NCBI GenBank assembly: GCA_001793155.1
Contig: MGHI01000020.1
Span: 9,898 to 73,897, forward strand
Length of the DNA stretch: 64,000 nucleotides
DNA from: Candidatus Woesebacteria bacterium RIFCSPLOWO2_01_FULL_39_61
GTDB lineage: Bacteria > Patescibacteriota > Microgenomatia > UBA8517
Direction of reading: 5' to 3'
This document shows positions 28,255 to 38,041 of this stretch, piece by piece. How positions within the stretch are numbered: the first letter of the stretch is position 1; each line of letters starts with the position of its first letter. A model generated the notes under the pieces. It was not told where the DNA came from and ran no database searches. It saw nothing but the letters and a program-made list of their open reading frames with translations. The translations under genes were made by a program, and so were the position numbers.

Positions 28255-28659
28255 ATGCCAAAAAAAATCAGAAAATTTAAATTTGAAAAATTGGCCAGAG
28301 ATGAAATAGTGCAGGGGATTATCGGAGCCGGTAATAAACCCACACTCCGTACGTTGATGACCGACGAGTATATAGAAGAGCTTAAGAAAAAGATTCTGGA
28401 AGAAGCAATGGAGCTAAATAAAGCAAAAGAAAAGGAGGAGATTTTGGAGGAATTGGCAGACATAGAGGAAGTTACCGAAAATATTCTCAGAGCATTCGGG
28501 TTGAGAAAATACGAAATCCTGAAAATCCAGCGAAAGAAAAATGCCAAAAGAGGGTCGTTCAAGAAAAGACATTACGTGGAAAAAGTCGAAGTGGAAGATG
28601 GGAATGAATGGCTCGACTATTATCTTTCAAACCCCGATAAATATCCTGAAATTAAATAA
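28255..28659 (+). CDS. MazG/HisE-like nucleotide pyrophosphohydrolase (tentative)
   Basis: Small helical protein with ..EEAMELNKA..EEILEELADIEEV.. EExxE-type motifs. Confidence 0.35.
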   Translation: MPKKIRKFKFEKLARDEIVQGIIGAGNKPTLRTLMTDEYIEELKKKILEEAMELNKAKEKEEILEELADIEEVTENILRAFGLRKYEILKIQRKKNAKRGSFKKRHYVEKVEVEDGNEWLDYYLSNPDKYPEIK

Positions 28660-28707
28660 TTTAGCCTCTCTGGTTATCTTCGGTCGATTTAGTGGTAAAA
28701 TTTTAGC

Positions 28708-30261
28708 GTGAAGTCTAAGTTTGCAGGTCTGCAAAAAAAATTTACTAATTGGCGAAAAAGTTTTGGTGTGGAAATAAATTCTCATCTGGCTTTGTACATT
28801 ATATTGGTATTTATATTTATCACCGCCTTTTTTGTCAGAGTTTATAGGGTCGGGGATTTGATGTGGTTTTATTACGATCAAGGCAGGGACGCACTCAGGA
28901 TTTGGGAATTTTGGCATCAGGGAAAACCATTTTTGGTTGGACCAGTCACCGGTTTGGCCGGAATATTTTTGGGACCATTCTATTATTATTTGATAGCCCC
29001 CTTTTATTTATTGGGGGGAGGGAATCCAGTATACCCGGCGGTATTTTTAGCATTTCTTTCGACAATCGCTCTGGCCCCCCTTTATATTTTGGGCTGGAAG
29101 ATGCACTCCAGGGCGACGGGACTTATTGCCACTATTATCGTCGGATTTTCCTATTATCTTGTTCTTGCCGGGAGATGGTTAGCTAATCCCACACCAATTC
29201 TTTTAACCAGCATACTGCTTTTGTTTTCAATGTGGAGAATAAGTCTCGGAAAAAATAAATATTGGTGGCTAGTTATAACCTTACTTATCGGAATTTCGCT
29301 GCAGCTTGAGGCGGCTAGTGCGGTCTTTTATCTTCCGATGATTCTGATTTTCGCTGTTTGGCAAAGAAAAAACTTACCTAATGTCAAAACCGCTGTTGTT
29401 TTGGGAATTCTTTTTTTGGTTACACTTTTACCCCAAATTGTATTTGATTTTCGGCACGAACATATATTATTAAATAATTTCAAAAGAGTTTTATTAGAGG
29501 AAAAAAGTTTCAGGACACCTTTATACAGTGTTTTGGATACCCGTCTCAGGTATTTTTGGAATGTTTACAATTCAAAGATATTTCCCGGAAGAGAGGGTTA
29601 TGCGAAACTTTTCACAACCGTATCTTTAATTGCGCTGATTTCTTCGTTTAAAAAAAAGAAAACGCCGTTAACGTTGCTAATAATTTTTCTAGGGATTCCA
29701 ATGTTGGGTTACATCTTTTTCCAGGGTAATTTCGGAAATATTTATGACTATTACATGACTGGATATTTTTTACCGATGATGCTACTTCTATCTTTGGGTT
29801 TTGGAATTTTGTGGGAAGATAAGCTGGGAAAAATTGCAGTCACAGCTTTTTTTGTCTTATTTCTAATGATAAACGTTACGAATTTAAAGAATTATTTAAT
29901 TGCCGGAGTTGATGGGCCCACACACATAACTCTGGGGAATGAGAAACAAGCGGTCAATTGGATCTTTGATGACGCTGGAAAAAAGAGATTGCAAGAGTTT
30001 AATGTTGAAACATATGTCCCGCCTGTTATCTCTCACTCATACGACTATCTTTATTTGTGGTTGGGTACCAAAAGGTGCGGAAAAGGTTTATGCGGACTGG
30101 TAAAAGATCGAAATACAGAGATTTTTTATGCCCTGTACGAAGTAGATCCACCTCACCCTGAAAGACTGGCAGAATGGTTGGGTAGATACGGGAATAGCAC
30201 CATTATTGAAGAACAAGAAAAGTTTGGAGGAATTACTGTCGAGCGGAGAAAAAGAATTTAG
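28708..30261 (+). CDS. GT-C-fold membrane glycosyltransferase, ArnT/PMT-like, paralog B
   Basis: ..RVYRVGDLMWFYYDQGRDALRIWEF..GPFYYYLIAPFYLL.. clearly paralogous to 25567 and 32817; DE becomes DQ in the loop motif. Confidence 0.6.
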   Translation: MKSKFAGLQKKFTNWRKSFGVEINSHLALYIILVFIFITAFFVRVYRVGDLMWFYYDQGRDALRIWEFWHQGKPFLVGPVTGLAGIFLGPFYYYLIAPFYLLGGGNPVYPAVFLAFLSTIALAPLYILGWKMHSRATGLIATIIVGFSYYLVLAGRWLANPTPILLTSILLLFSMWRISLGKNKYWWLVITLLIGISLQLEAASAVFYLPMILIFAVWQRKNLPNVKTAVVLGILFLVTLLPQIVFDFRHEHILLNNFKRVLLEEKSFRTPLYSVLDTRLRYFWNVYNSKIFPGREGYAKLFTTVSLIALISSFKKKKTPLTLLIIFLGIPMLGYIFFQGNFGNIYDYYMTGYFLPMMLLLSLGFGILWEDKLGKIAVTAFFVLFLMINVTNLKNYLIAGVDGPTHITLGNEKQAVNWIFDDAGKKRLQEFNVETYVPPVISHSYDYLYLWLGTKRCGKGLCGLVKDRNTEIFYALYEVDPPHPERLAEWLGRYGNSTIIEEQEKFGGITVERRKRI

Positions 30262-30331
30262 GAAATATTCAAATTCCCCTGCTTACATCTTTTGGAGCCT
30301 ACAAAATTTTTTATAGAAAATTTCAAGAAAA

Positions 30332-30351
30332 CCCCGATATTTCTATCGGGG
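30332..30351. terminator. bidirectional intrinsic terminator candidate between convergent genes
   Basis: Perfect 8-bp stem CCCCGATA-tttc-TATCGGGG flanked by A/T-rich sequence on both sides. Confidence 0.45.
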
Positions 30352-30364
30352 ATGAATTGAACTT

Positions 30365-32725
30365 TTATATGTCATCCTCCTTAGTGGACGCTCCGCATTG
30401 AAATGCGGCGTGGATATCATCATTAAATTTTTCAATATATTCCGGTCGCATCAAAGTCGAGTTATTTCTAAAGGTTCTTAACAAAAAGTATTCTGTTATT
30501 GGCCTGTCGTCGGAAACTGCTTCTGCTCCATCGACAAATTTGCTGATAACCTCTCTGTCGCCCAAAATCCTTTCGCATATGCTTTCTATCGTAATAAGAG
30601 GAATGTTAATTTTTATCGTTCCATCTAAAAGTGTTTTGTTATTATCTGCATAAACTATTGGGTCTGTGAGTTTCACGGCAATTATTTTTTGATCAAAAGG
30701 GATGGGTTTTTCGCTTCCGATCAAATAGAAACCGCTAGTAATCACCGAGTTAATAGCAAGAACATTCGGAAACTCATCAATAAAACTTCTAAAAAGATGA
30801 GTAAAATCATCAACTGATGCACCGGTATAAAACCAGGCGACAAATAATCCGCCGTCGTTTAAAATTCTTTTACTATCGTGATAAAACTCTCTCGAATACA
30901 AAACCGTTGTTCCTGCTGCATTTACAGGGGGAGGAGGGTCAACCACGATAATGTCATATTTTTCCTTGGTTGTACGGGCATAATTTCTCCCATCGTCAAT
31001 AAAAATTCTTCCGCGGGGATTAGTAAGTACTGTCTCAGCATCAGCGTGGAAAAGATGAAACATTTTGGGTACCGAGGGAACAAGATCTACTGCATCAACT
31101 GAGAGATTAGGATGAATAAGTGCCGAGCGGTAGGTCCCCCCCATACCAAAAGCAATAACAAGCATCTTTTGAGGATTCGGGTGTATCGAAATTGGCAAAT
31201 GTGCCAGAAGCGTAGTATCCGGACCGGGAGAGGTTGTCTGAACTCCGTCGATAAGCAATGCTTTATCAGTTCCTCCTATTTGGCTATAACCCAAAACAGT
31301 TGCAACTTCATCTTCTAAGAACATTTCTTCATAGTTACCCCGTTCCCGAATCACTTGAATCCTTTGTTTGATTTTTGCACTTTGGAGAGTAAGGGGGTCC
31401 AACTTTATAAGCCAATAGGAAAATACAATTAGAATAGCTAAAGACACGACTGAAATTTTCTGTAAAGATCTAGAAATGATATTGTCACTTAAAGTAAGTA
31501 TGAGTGCCAGTACAAAATTAAAAATTCCTAAAATAACAATTCCTTTTATTGTCCCAAAGATCGGTATGACCAAATAAGCGGCGGCAACAGAACCAAATAT
31601 TGACCCGATAGTGTTCCCGGCATACGAAATCCCGACAGTCTCGCCGATTTTTTTCTTCTTGGAAAAATATTTAATAACAACAGGAAACGTCATACCCATT
31701 AAGAGGGTTCCCGGAATAATCGTTAAAAACACTTTTATCAGAGTGGGAATATTTATAAAGTTTGAATTTACGAGAATCGATGCAATTGCCGACAGTCCGA
31801 TTCCTGCCTCAAATAATCCGAATATAAAAACAGGACTTTTACTCTTTTCAAATAAAAATTCAAATAAATAACTTCCTATTGCAATACCCAATAAATAAAC
31901 ACTTAAAACGCCGGCAAAAGCGTAAATAAAGGTTCCTGTGGATGGCGTCAAAAGCCGTGTCCACAAAACCTCGTAGCATAAGGAAATGAGGCCCGATGCT
32001 CCGAAAGCAACTAAAACAAGTCTGTCCTTATTCGTAAAATCTATTTTATCAACTAGTTTGGGGGGTGTTTCTTTTCGATACACCGGTACAAAAAATCTAC
32101 TTTTCGAGAGTGTTACGATAACAATAGAAATGAGTATATTTATGCTTACGGATAAAATTAAGGATAGCTTCAAACCCAGAATTTCTATTAAGAAATAGGC
32201 AGTCAGTATGGTTCCAACTACTGCTCCGAGCGTATTTATTGCATAGAGGCGGCTTGTGGCAGAGACAAGTTTCTTGTCACGTTTGGCGAAAAAAGTAATT
32301 AATGTAGGCAAAGTGCCTCCCATTGCAACCGTCGCCGGCAAGATTGCTAAGGATGCGAGAATAAACTTATAAGCTAGCACGAGCTGTAATGAATTTGAAA
32401 AAAGTGAATGAGTACTCTTGTAAATATCTCTAATTGCGGGAAACATAAATAAAGTAGAAAAAGAAAAGATACCTATTAAAAACTCCAGGACTCCATAAAC
32501 TAAAAGTAGGTTTTTCGCCCTGTCAGAAAATTTACCAATTAGATAACTCCCGAGTGCTAGTCCAGCCATGAATGACGCTAAAACCGCGACAGTAGAGTGA
32601 GTGGTGCTTCCGAAGATAACCAGTAGTTGACGAATCCAAACAACTTGGTAAACAAGACCTGTCCCACCGGATGCAAAGAATATGATGTACATTGTAAAGG
32701 TCAGGGTTTTATTTTTTTTCACCAT
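30365..32725 (-). CDS. fused MFS-like transporter / spermidine synthase-like domain protein
   Basis: 786 aa; about 12 TM N-terminal half, then ..VIAFGMGGTYRSAL..VDAVDLVP..IIVVDPPPP.. (SpeE-like class I MTase fold). Confidence 0.7.
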   Translation of the reverse strand: MVKKNKTLTFTMYIIFFASGGTGLVYQVVWIRQLLVIFGSTTHSTVAVLASFMAGLALGSYLIGKFSDRAKNLLLVYGVLEFLIGIFSFSTLFMFPAIRDIYKSTHSLFSNSLQLVLAYKFILASLAILPATVAMGGTLPTLITFFAKRDKKLVSATSRLYAINTLGAVVGTILTAYFLIEILGLKLSLILSVSINILISIVIVTLSKSRFFVPVYRKETPPKLVDKIDFTNKDRLVLVAFGASGLISLCYEVLWTRLLTPSTGTFIYAFAGVLSVYLLGIAIGSYLFEFLFEKSKSPVFIFGLFEAGIGLSAIASILVNSNFINIPTLIKVFLTIIPGTLLMGMTFPVVIKYFSKKKKIGETVGISYAGNTIGSIFGSVAAAYLVIPIFGTIKGIVILGIFNFVLALILTLSDNIISRSLQKISVVSLAILIVFSYWLIKLDPLTLQSAKIKQRIQVIRERGNYEEMFLEDEVATVLGYSQIGGTDKALLIDGVQTTSPGPDTTLLAHLPISIHPNPQKMLVIAFGMGGTYRSALIHPNLSVDAVDLVPSVPKMFHLFHADAETVLTNPRGRIFIDDGRNYARTTKEKYDIIVVDPPPPVNAAGTTVLYSREFYHDSKRILNDGGLFVAWFYTGASVDDFTHLFRSFIDEFPNVLAINSVITSGFYLIGSEKPIPFDQKIIAVKLTDPIVYADNNKTLLDGTIKINIPLITIESICERILGDREVISKFVDGAEAVSDDRPITEYFLLRTFRNNSTLMRPEYIEKFNDDIHAAFQCGASTKEDDI

Positions 32726-32816
32726 ACAAAGAATATCACAAAATCTAAACCAGCTATATCAGTTCATTGAATCAGTTCACGTTTGGTGTAAAAATAGATT
32801 ATATCAACCGAAAAAA

Positions 32817-34298
32817 ATGAAAATTAGATACGACCTAAGAAGGAATTGTCTTATTTTAATTATCTTAATTTTAGGACTATTTTTGAGACTTTATAAGGCA
32901 CAAGAATTATTTTTATACGGCCACGATCATGATCTTGCCGGGTGGTTTGTTAGAGACGTAGTAGAAAACATGCACTTTCGTTTAATAGGCCAAGAAACTT
33001 CAACACAAGGAATTTTTATAGGGCCAGTTTACTACTATTTGTTGGTTCCTTTTTACCTTTTATCAGGAATGGACCCGATAGGAGGAGTTATTTTAGTGAC
33101 GTTTTTGGGCCTTATTAGTATCTGGAGTGTTTACTGGATTTTTTCAAAAATTTTTGACAAAAACACTGGATTAATCGGTGCATTTATTTACGCTACTTCT
33201 TTCTATTTAGTTTTTAACGACAGGGAAGTTGTTCCGACAATGCCTGTAATACTATGGACTTTATGGCTTTTGTATGCTATCCACTTATTATTAAAAAGAA
33301 ACATAGGGCGTGGACTTATCTTGTCGGGAATTTTAATCGGGTTAATTTGGAATTTAAATTTTGCTCTCATACTTACCGTTCCACTTTTGGTGGTTGCGCT
33401 CTTGTTGCAAGGGAAAAAGTTCGATAAGTTCGTAATTATTCCCGGTGCTTTAACCCTTTTAGGTACCTTACTACCCTTATTGCTTTTTGAAGTAAAACAC
33501 GGATTTATCCAGACAAAGGCTTTTTTTGTCGCCCTCACAACTCCGCAGCGTGATATTTTTTCCGGTTCGGAAAAGTTGCAAAGAGTGATCCACCTCGCAA
33601 GCAAAAACATTTCGGGATTCCTGTGGGGTGATGTTGGGATAAATTACACTTGGGCGGCAATCACAATTCTTCTTATATTCTTATTCTTGACAATTAAGAA
33701 AATAATAAAAAGAGAGTGGATAATTCTGTTTTCCCTTTGGATCATCACCTACGTAGTATTTTTTTCTTTGTATTCAAAGGCGGTTTCCGAGTATTACCTA
33801 AACGGAATTACCGTTATTTGGATTACGCTACTCTCACTTTTCCTGTCTTATCTTTTTTCACTTAAAAAATATAAAATACTTGGGATCATATGCTTGAGTA
33901 TTTTTCTTATATCTAATGTATATCGCATTTTAAGTGTACACGTAAATAAAAGTGGTTACGTCTATAGAAAAGAGCTGGTAAAAGAAATAAAAGCCGATGC
34001 CCGACTTCATAGTTATCCCTGTGTTGCGGTTTCTTATATTACAAATCCCGGATATGACTTAGGATATAGATACTTTTTCTACTTAGAAAATATGCATGTA
34101 AATAAACCTAATTCAGGAAGTCCAGTATATACTATTGTTTTTCCCCTTAACGAAAACCTTTTTCCGGCTGGTAAAACATTTGGCGCATTAGGATTAATTT
34201 ATCCGGATTATGGAAAGTATGATGGCGGTCAAGTTACAATAAGCTGTTCCGGTGCGAATTCCAATTTAACAGATCCTATGTTCGGGTTCACAAAATAA
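32817..34298 (+). CDS. GT-C-fold membrane glycosyltransferase, ArnT/PMT-like, paralog C
   Basis: Start at the internal Met (MKIRYDL..) to avoid overlap with the divergent gene; ..RLYKAQELFLYGHDHDLAGWFVRD..GPVYYYLLVPFYLL.. Confidence 0.6.
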   Translation: MKIRYDLRRNCLILIILILGLFLRLYKAQELFLYGHDHDLAGWFVRDVVENMHFRLIGQETSTQGIFIGPVYYYLLVPFYLLSGMDPIGGVILVTFLGLISIWSVYWIFSKIFDKNTGLIGAFIYATSFYLVFNDREVVPTMPVILWTLWLLYAIHLLLKRNIGRGLILSGILIGLIWNLNFALILTVPLLVVALLLQGKKFDKFVIIPGALTLLGTLLPLLLFEVKHGFIQTKAFFVALTTPQRDIFSGSEKLQRVIHLASKNISGFLWGDVGINYTWAAITILLIFLFLTIKKIIKREWIILFSLWIITYVVFFSLYSKAVSEYYLNGITVIWITLLSLFLSYLFSLKKYKILGIICLSIFLISNVYRILSVHVNKSGYVYRKELVKEIKADARLHSYPCVAVSYITNPGYDLGYRYFFYLENMHVNKPNSGSPVYTIVFPLNENLFPAGKTFGALGLIYPDYGKYDGGQVTISCSGANSNLTDPMFGFTK

Positions 34299-34300
34299 AA

Positions 34301-35068
34301 ATGAAAAAAATATTTTTGTCGGTTATTATCCCCTGTTATAACGAAAGCGAGAATCTTAAAAGAGGAGTTTTAACTCAGGTGTATGAATTTTTGAAAACTG
34401 AAAAATTTGACTGGGAAGTGCTGGTTTCTGATGACGGAAGTTCCGACGAGAGTAAAATTATTGTTAAAAAACAAATAAAAAACTGGAAGAATTTCAGATT
34501 CTTGGAAAATCCTCACGGTGGAAAACCATCCGCGCTTTGGTATGGAATAAAGAAAGCTGGGGGTAAGTTCGTTCTTTTTTCCGATATGGACCAGTCAACA
34601 CCCATTGATCAACTGACAAAACTTCTTCCTTTTATTAGCGAAAAAGTTGGGGCAGTCATAGGTTCCAGAGGTTTAGTGCGTAAAAACTTCCCTTTATACC
34701 GCAAGATTGGCTCCATTGTTTTTATGGCAGTGAGAAAACTTTTTATTTTACCCGAGATAGACGATACCCAGTGCGGTTTTAAACTTTTCCAAACAAAAGT
34801 TGTTAAAAAAGTGTTTCCGATGCTGGAATTTTTCAGAAAAATGACTAAGGCTAAAGGCTGGACGGTAACAAGTTGGGATGTGGAACTTTTGCATATTATT
34901 AAGAAAATGGGGTATACAATTGAAGAAGTACCGGTTTTTTGGGAAGATATAGATATAAGCAAAGGTAAAGGAGGATCGTTAAAAAGATACCTTCGCGAAT
35001 CCAAAGAAATGATAATCCAAATAACTAAAGTAAAATTAAATGATATACGGGGAATTTATGGACCTTAA
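34301..35068 (+). CDS. polyprenol-phosphate sugar synthase-type GT2 (DPM1/CsbB-like)
   Basis: ..SVIIPCYNESENL..VLVSDDGSSDES..FSDMDQSTP..QCGFKLFQTK.. Confidence 0.75.
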   Translation: MKKIFLSVIIPCYNESENLKRGVLTQVYEFLKTEKFDWEVLVSDDGSSDESKIIVKKQIKNWKNFRFLENPHGGKPSALWYGIKKAGGKFVLFSDMDQSTPIDQLTKLLPFISEKVGAVIGSRGLVRKNFPLYRKIGSIVFMAVRKLFILPEIDDTQCGFKLFQTKVVKKVFPMLEFFRKMTKAKGWTVTSWDVELLHIIKKMGYTIEEVPVFWEDIDISKGKGGSLKRYLRESKEMIIQITKVKLNDIRGIYGP

Positions 35069-36638
35069 GAAATTAATAAAACTCTGGCGGAAAGAAATAT
35101 TTTTTGGTATTGGAATTTTTTCGCTTGCACTTATTCTTCGCCTAGCAAAAGTACTTTTCGATCAGCAACCGATATTCGGGGACGAGGCAATTTATATCCG
35201 TTGGGCGCAAATTATGCGTGCCGAGCCGACATTGAGGTTTATTCCGCTATCCGACGGTAAACAGCCTCTCTACATGTGGGCGATTATACCTTTGCTTAAA
35301 TTAATTTCAAACCCTCTTTTTGCCGGAAGAATTATGTCAGTATTTACCGGAATGGGATCTTTAGTAGGGGTATTCGTTCTGACACAAATTCTTTTTCGCT
35401 CAACCAAAGCGTCTCTTTTGGCATCATTGGTTTATGCAATTTCGCCGTTTGTAGTCTTTTTTGACAGCATGGCGCTAGTCGACTCGATGCTGACAATGTT
35501 CGGAATTTGGACGCTGGTTTTTTCGGTACTAAGTGTTAAAGCATTACGCTTGGACTTTGCTATGATCGCCGGATTTTTCCTTGGTGGTGCTATGTTGACC
35601 AAGTCTCCGGCAGTATTTTTTAGCATCTTACTTCCCCTCGATCTTCTTTTCTTAAATTTAGCTAAGGATAAAGGCAAAAAAGCAATTATCTTGATTAAAT
35701 TCTTAATCTTATTAATGGTCACTTATTTGATTGCATTCGGTTTATATAATATCCTCCGCCTCGGCCCCAACTTTCATCTGATTGCGTTAAGAAACCAAGA
35801 CTATATTTTCCCTTTAAGTCATCTTTGGATAAATCCCAAAGATCCGTTTATTTTCCATATTAAAGAAATTTTCCAATGGCTTTGGATTTTAGGGCCATCG
35901 GTGCTGCCCCTTTTGGTAGCAATCGGAATTATATTGAGATTTAATAAATTCAAAAAAGAGATTTTTCTGCTTTCTTTCTGGATACTCTTACCACTTTTAG
36001 CCAATGCAATGTACGCCAAAGTTTTTACAGTACGCTACATTTTGTTTGTTCTGCCTTATCTTTTTATTTTTGTGGGGGTTTTATTTAAGAACGATCTGAA
36101 AAAATCTTTTATTACTCTTCTTTTGGCAATCTTTATAGTTCACGCTCTAATAATAGATTTAACCTTGATAACAAAAATTGAAGCAGCCCCTTTGCCCAGA
36201 AACGAAAGAAGCGGATACCTGGAAGAGTGGACGGCGGGCTATGGTATAAAGGAAACTGCCAAATATCTTGAGGAATATCACAAAGATAATCCCGACAAAA
36301 AAATAGTTGTCGGAACCGAAGGGTATTTTGGAACGTTACCCGATGGGCTTCAGATGTACTTAAGTCGTTTTCCTGAAATTACGGTAATAGGTGTGGGATT
36401 GGATTTGAACCAATTACCTTCCAGTCTAATCGAATCCAAAAAGGCGGGAAATAGCACATTTCTGGTTATAAACGATTCGAGACTTAGGGTGAACTACGAA
36501 GATTTGGATTTGAAAGTCGTCGCAGCTTATCCCAAAGCCTTTAGGAAAGTGGGTACCAAAGAGTATAATACACTCGGTCCCAGAGAAACGCTTTATCTTT
36601 TCGAAGTAATTGGAGATAAAAATACCGATAAAAAATGA
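35058..36638 (+). CDS. GT-C-fold membrane glycosyltransferase, ArnT-like
   Basis: ..LFDQQPIFGDEAIYIRWAQIM..DGKQPLYMW.. then about 11 TM and a C-terminal soluble domain. Confidence 0.65.
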   Translation: MDLKKLIKLWRKEIFFGIGIFSLALILRLAKVLFDQQPIFGDEAIYIRWAQIMRAEPTLRFIPLSDGKQPLYMWAIIPLLKLISNPLFAGRIMSVFTGMGSLVGVFVLTQILFRSTKASLLASLVYAISPFVVFFDSMALVDSMLTMFGIWTLVFSVLSVKALRLDFAMIAGFFLGGAMLTKSPAVFFSILLPLDLLFLNLAKDKGKKAIILIKFLILLMVTYLIAFGLYNILRLGPNFHLIALRNQDYIFPLSHLWINPKDPFIFHIKEIFQWLWILGPSVLPLLVAIGIILRFNKFKKEIFLLSFWILLPLLANAMYAKVFTVRYILFVLPYLFIFVGVLFKNDLKKSFITLLLAIFIVHALIIDLTLITKIEAAPLPRNERSGYLEEWTAGYGIKETAKYLEEYHKDNPDKKIVVGTEGYFGTLPDGLQMYLSRFPEITVIGVGLDLNQLPSSLIESKKAGNSTFLVINDSRLRVNYEDLDLKVVAAYPKAFRKVGTKEYNTLGPRETLYLFEVIGDKNTDKK

Positions 36639-37885
36639 TTAAACACAGAATCATATATAACGATGCCTCGGACTGGTTATTCGATATAGTGAAAGCTAGT
36701 GGGGTTTACATCTGGGCCAAAAAAGGAGAAAAACTTCTGGATTTTACTTCCGGTTGGAATGTAACAAATTTGGGTTGGAACAATAACGAAATTGCTGAAG
36801 CTATGATTAAACAAATTAATGACAACGTCTATGCACCTATGGAAACTGCCGAAAATATACAATTACAGCTGGCGGAGTTGTTGACTGATAATCTACCAAA
36901 AGAATTAGACGCAGTGGGTAGAACAACAGGAGGAATGGAAGCAAATGAGGAAGCTATTAAAACGGCACGTGCATACACTAAAAGATCAAAGATTTTAGGT
37001 TTTCGTCACGCATATCATGGTCAATCTTTAACAATGATGTCAATAATTTTAGATGATAACGAAATGAGAGCTGTCGGGTCTCGTTTTGGAGAAATGTTAA
37101 AAATGGAGTTCCCCGCAACATACAAGTCAAATATGAAAGAAGATAATCTGTTAAAATATTTCGAAAGTAATCTGGAGGAAATATTGAATAAAGAGGATGT
37201 TGCCGCTTTGATAACAGAAGCGGGGATAATTACCGGTTGGGGATCTACATATGTGGCTCCAAAAGGATATTTAAAATTAGTTAGAAATTTAACGAGAAAA
37301 TATAATACATTATTGATTTTAGATGAAGTGGGCACAGGATTTTCAAGATGTGGCGAGTTATTTGGAATGAATATCGAAGATGTTGTGCCTGATATAGCAA
37401 CTTTTGCGAAAGGTTTTTCTAATGGCGCATCAGCTATAGGGGCAATGGTGACGACGAATAAAATAGCAGATAAAACATGGCCTTATACCAACTTGCAATC
37501 AACGTTTGGTTGGAACCTGGTTGGCTGTGCGGCTGCCAAAAAAAATTTGGAAATTCACTTAAGGGATAATATTTGGCAAAAATCAAAATCTGATGGCGAA
37601 TATGTGAGAGATGTTCTAATCAGCGAAATCATGAAGTTGGAATACATCGGTGATGTTAGAGGTTTTGGGATGGAAATCGGAATTAGCTTTGTAAAAAACA
37701 AAGAAACCAAAGAAGCCGATATTGATTTAGCTCGGAAAGTAATGTATGAATGTAGAAAAAGGGGATTGTATATTCTTTATGGCGATGATGGAAATATTCA
37801 ACTAATGCCACCCTTAATTATAAAACGACAAGATTTAGATTACGGTTTGAATATATTAATAGATACGGTAAAAACATTAAATTGA
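36635..37885 (+). CDS. class III (fold type I) PLP-dependent aminotransferase
   Basis: ..LLILDEVGTGFSRCGELFGMNIEDVVPDIATFAKGFSNG.. (PLP lysine in TFAKG). Confidence 0.75.
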   Translation: MIKHRIIYNDASDWLFDIVKASGVYIWAKKGEKLLDFTSGWNVTNLGWNNNEIAEAMIKQINDNVYAPMETAENIQLQLAELLTDNLPKELDAVGRTTGGMEANEEAIKTARAYTKRSKILGFRHAYHGQSLTMMSIILDDNEMRAVGSRFGEMLKMEFPATYKSNMKEDNLLKYFESNLEEILNKEDVAALITEAGIITGWGSTYVAPKGYLKLVRNLTRKYNTLLILDEVGTGFSRCGELFGMNIEDVVPDIATFAKGFSNGASAIGAMVTTNKIADKTWPYTNLQSTFGWNLVGCAAAKKNLEIHLRDNIWQKSKSDGEYVRDVLISEIMKLEYIGDVRGFGMEIGISFVKNKETKEADIDLARKVMYECRKRGLYILYGDDGNIQLMPPLIIKRQDLDYGLNILIDTVKTLN

Positions 37886-38041
37886 TTACACACTTATTTA
37901 ATATTTATTTAATTCCCACATCACTTTTTTCTCCCACACTCCATCTCTTGTGAAATAAATTTATTGCTTAAAAATTCTTAAGGTAGCATGCAATATTCAT
38001 AAATTAGCTTCTGCGATTTTTTTTGTGCTAATATCAGTGGA

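Noticed and set aside
32682-32816. Longer N-terminal extensions for the ORFs at 32682, 52435, 25528, 35040 and 50587 as listed in the track
   Set aside because: The extensions would overlap upstream or divergent genes by 40-130 nt and add no conserved sequence. Internal Met starts that remove or minimise the overlap were chosen. True starts remain uncertain.
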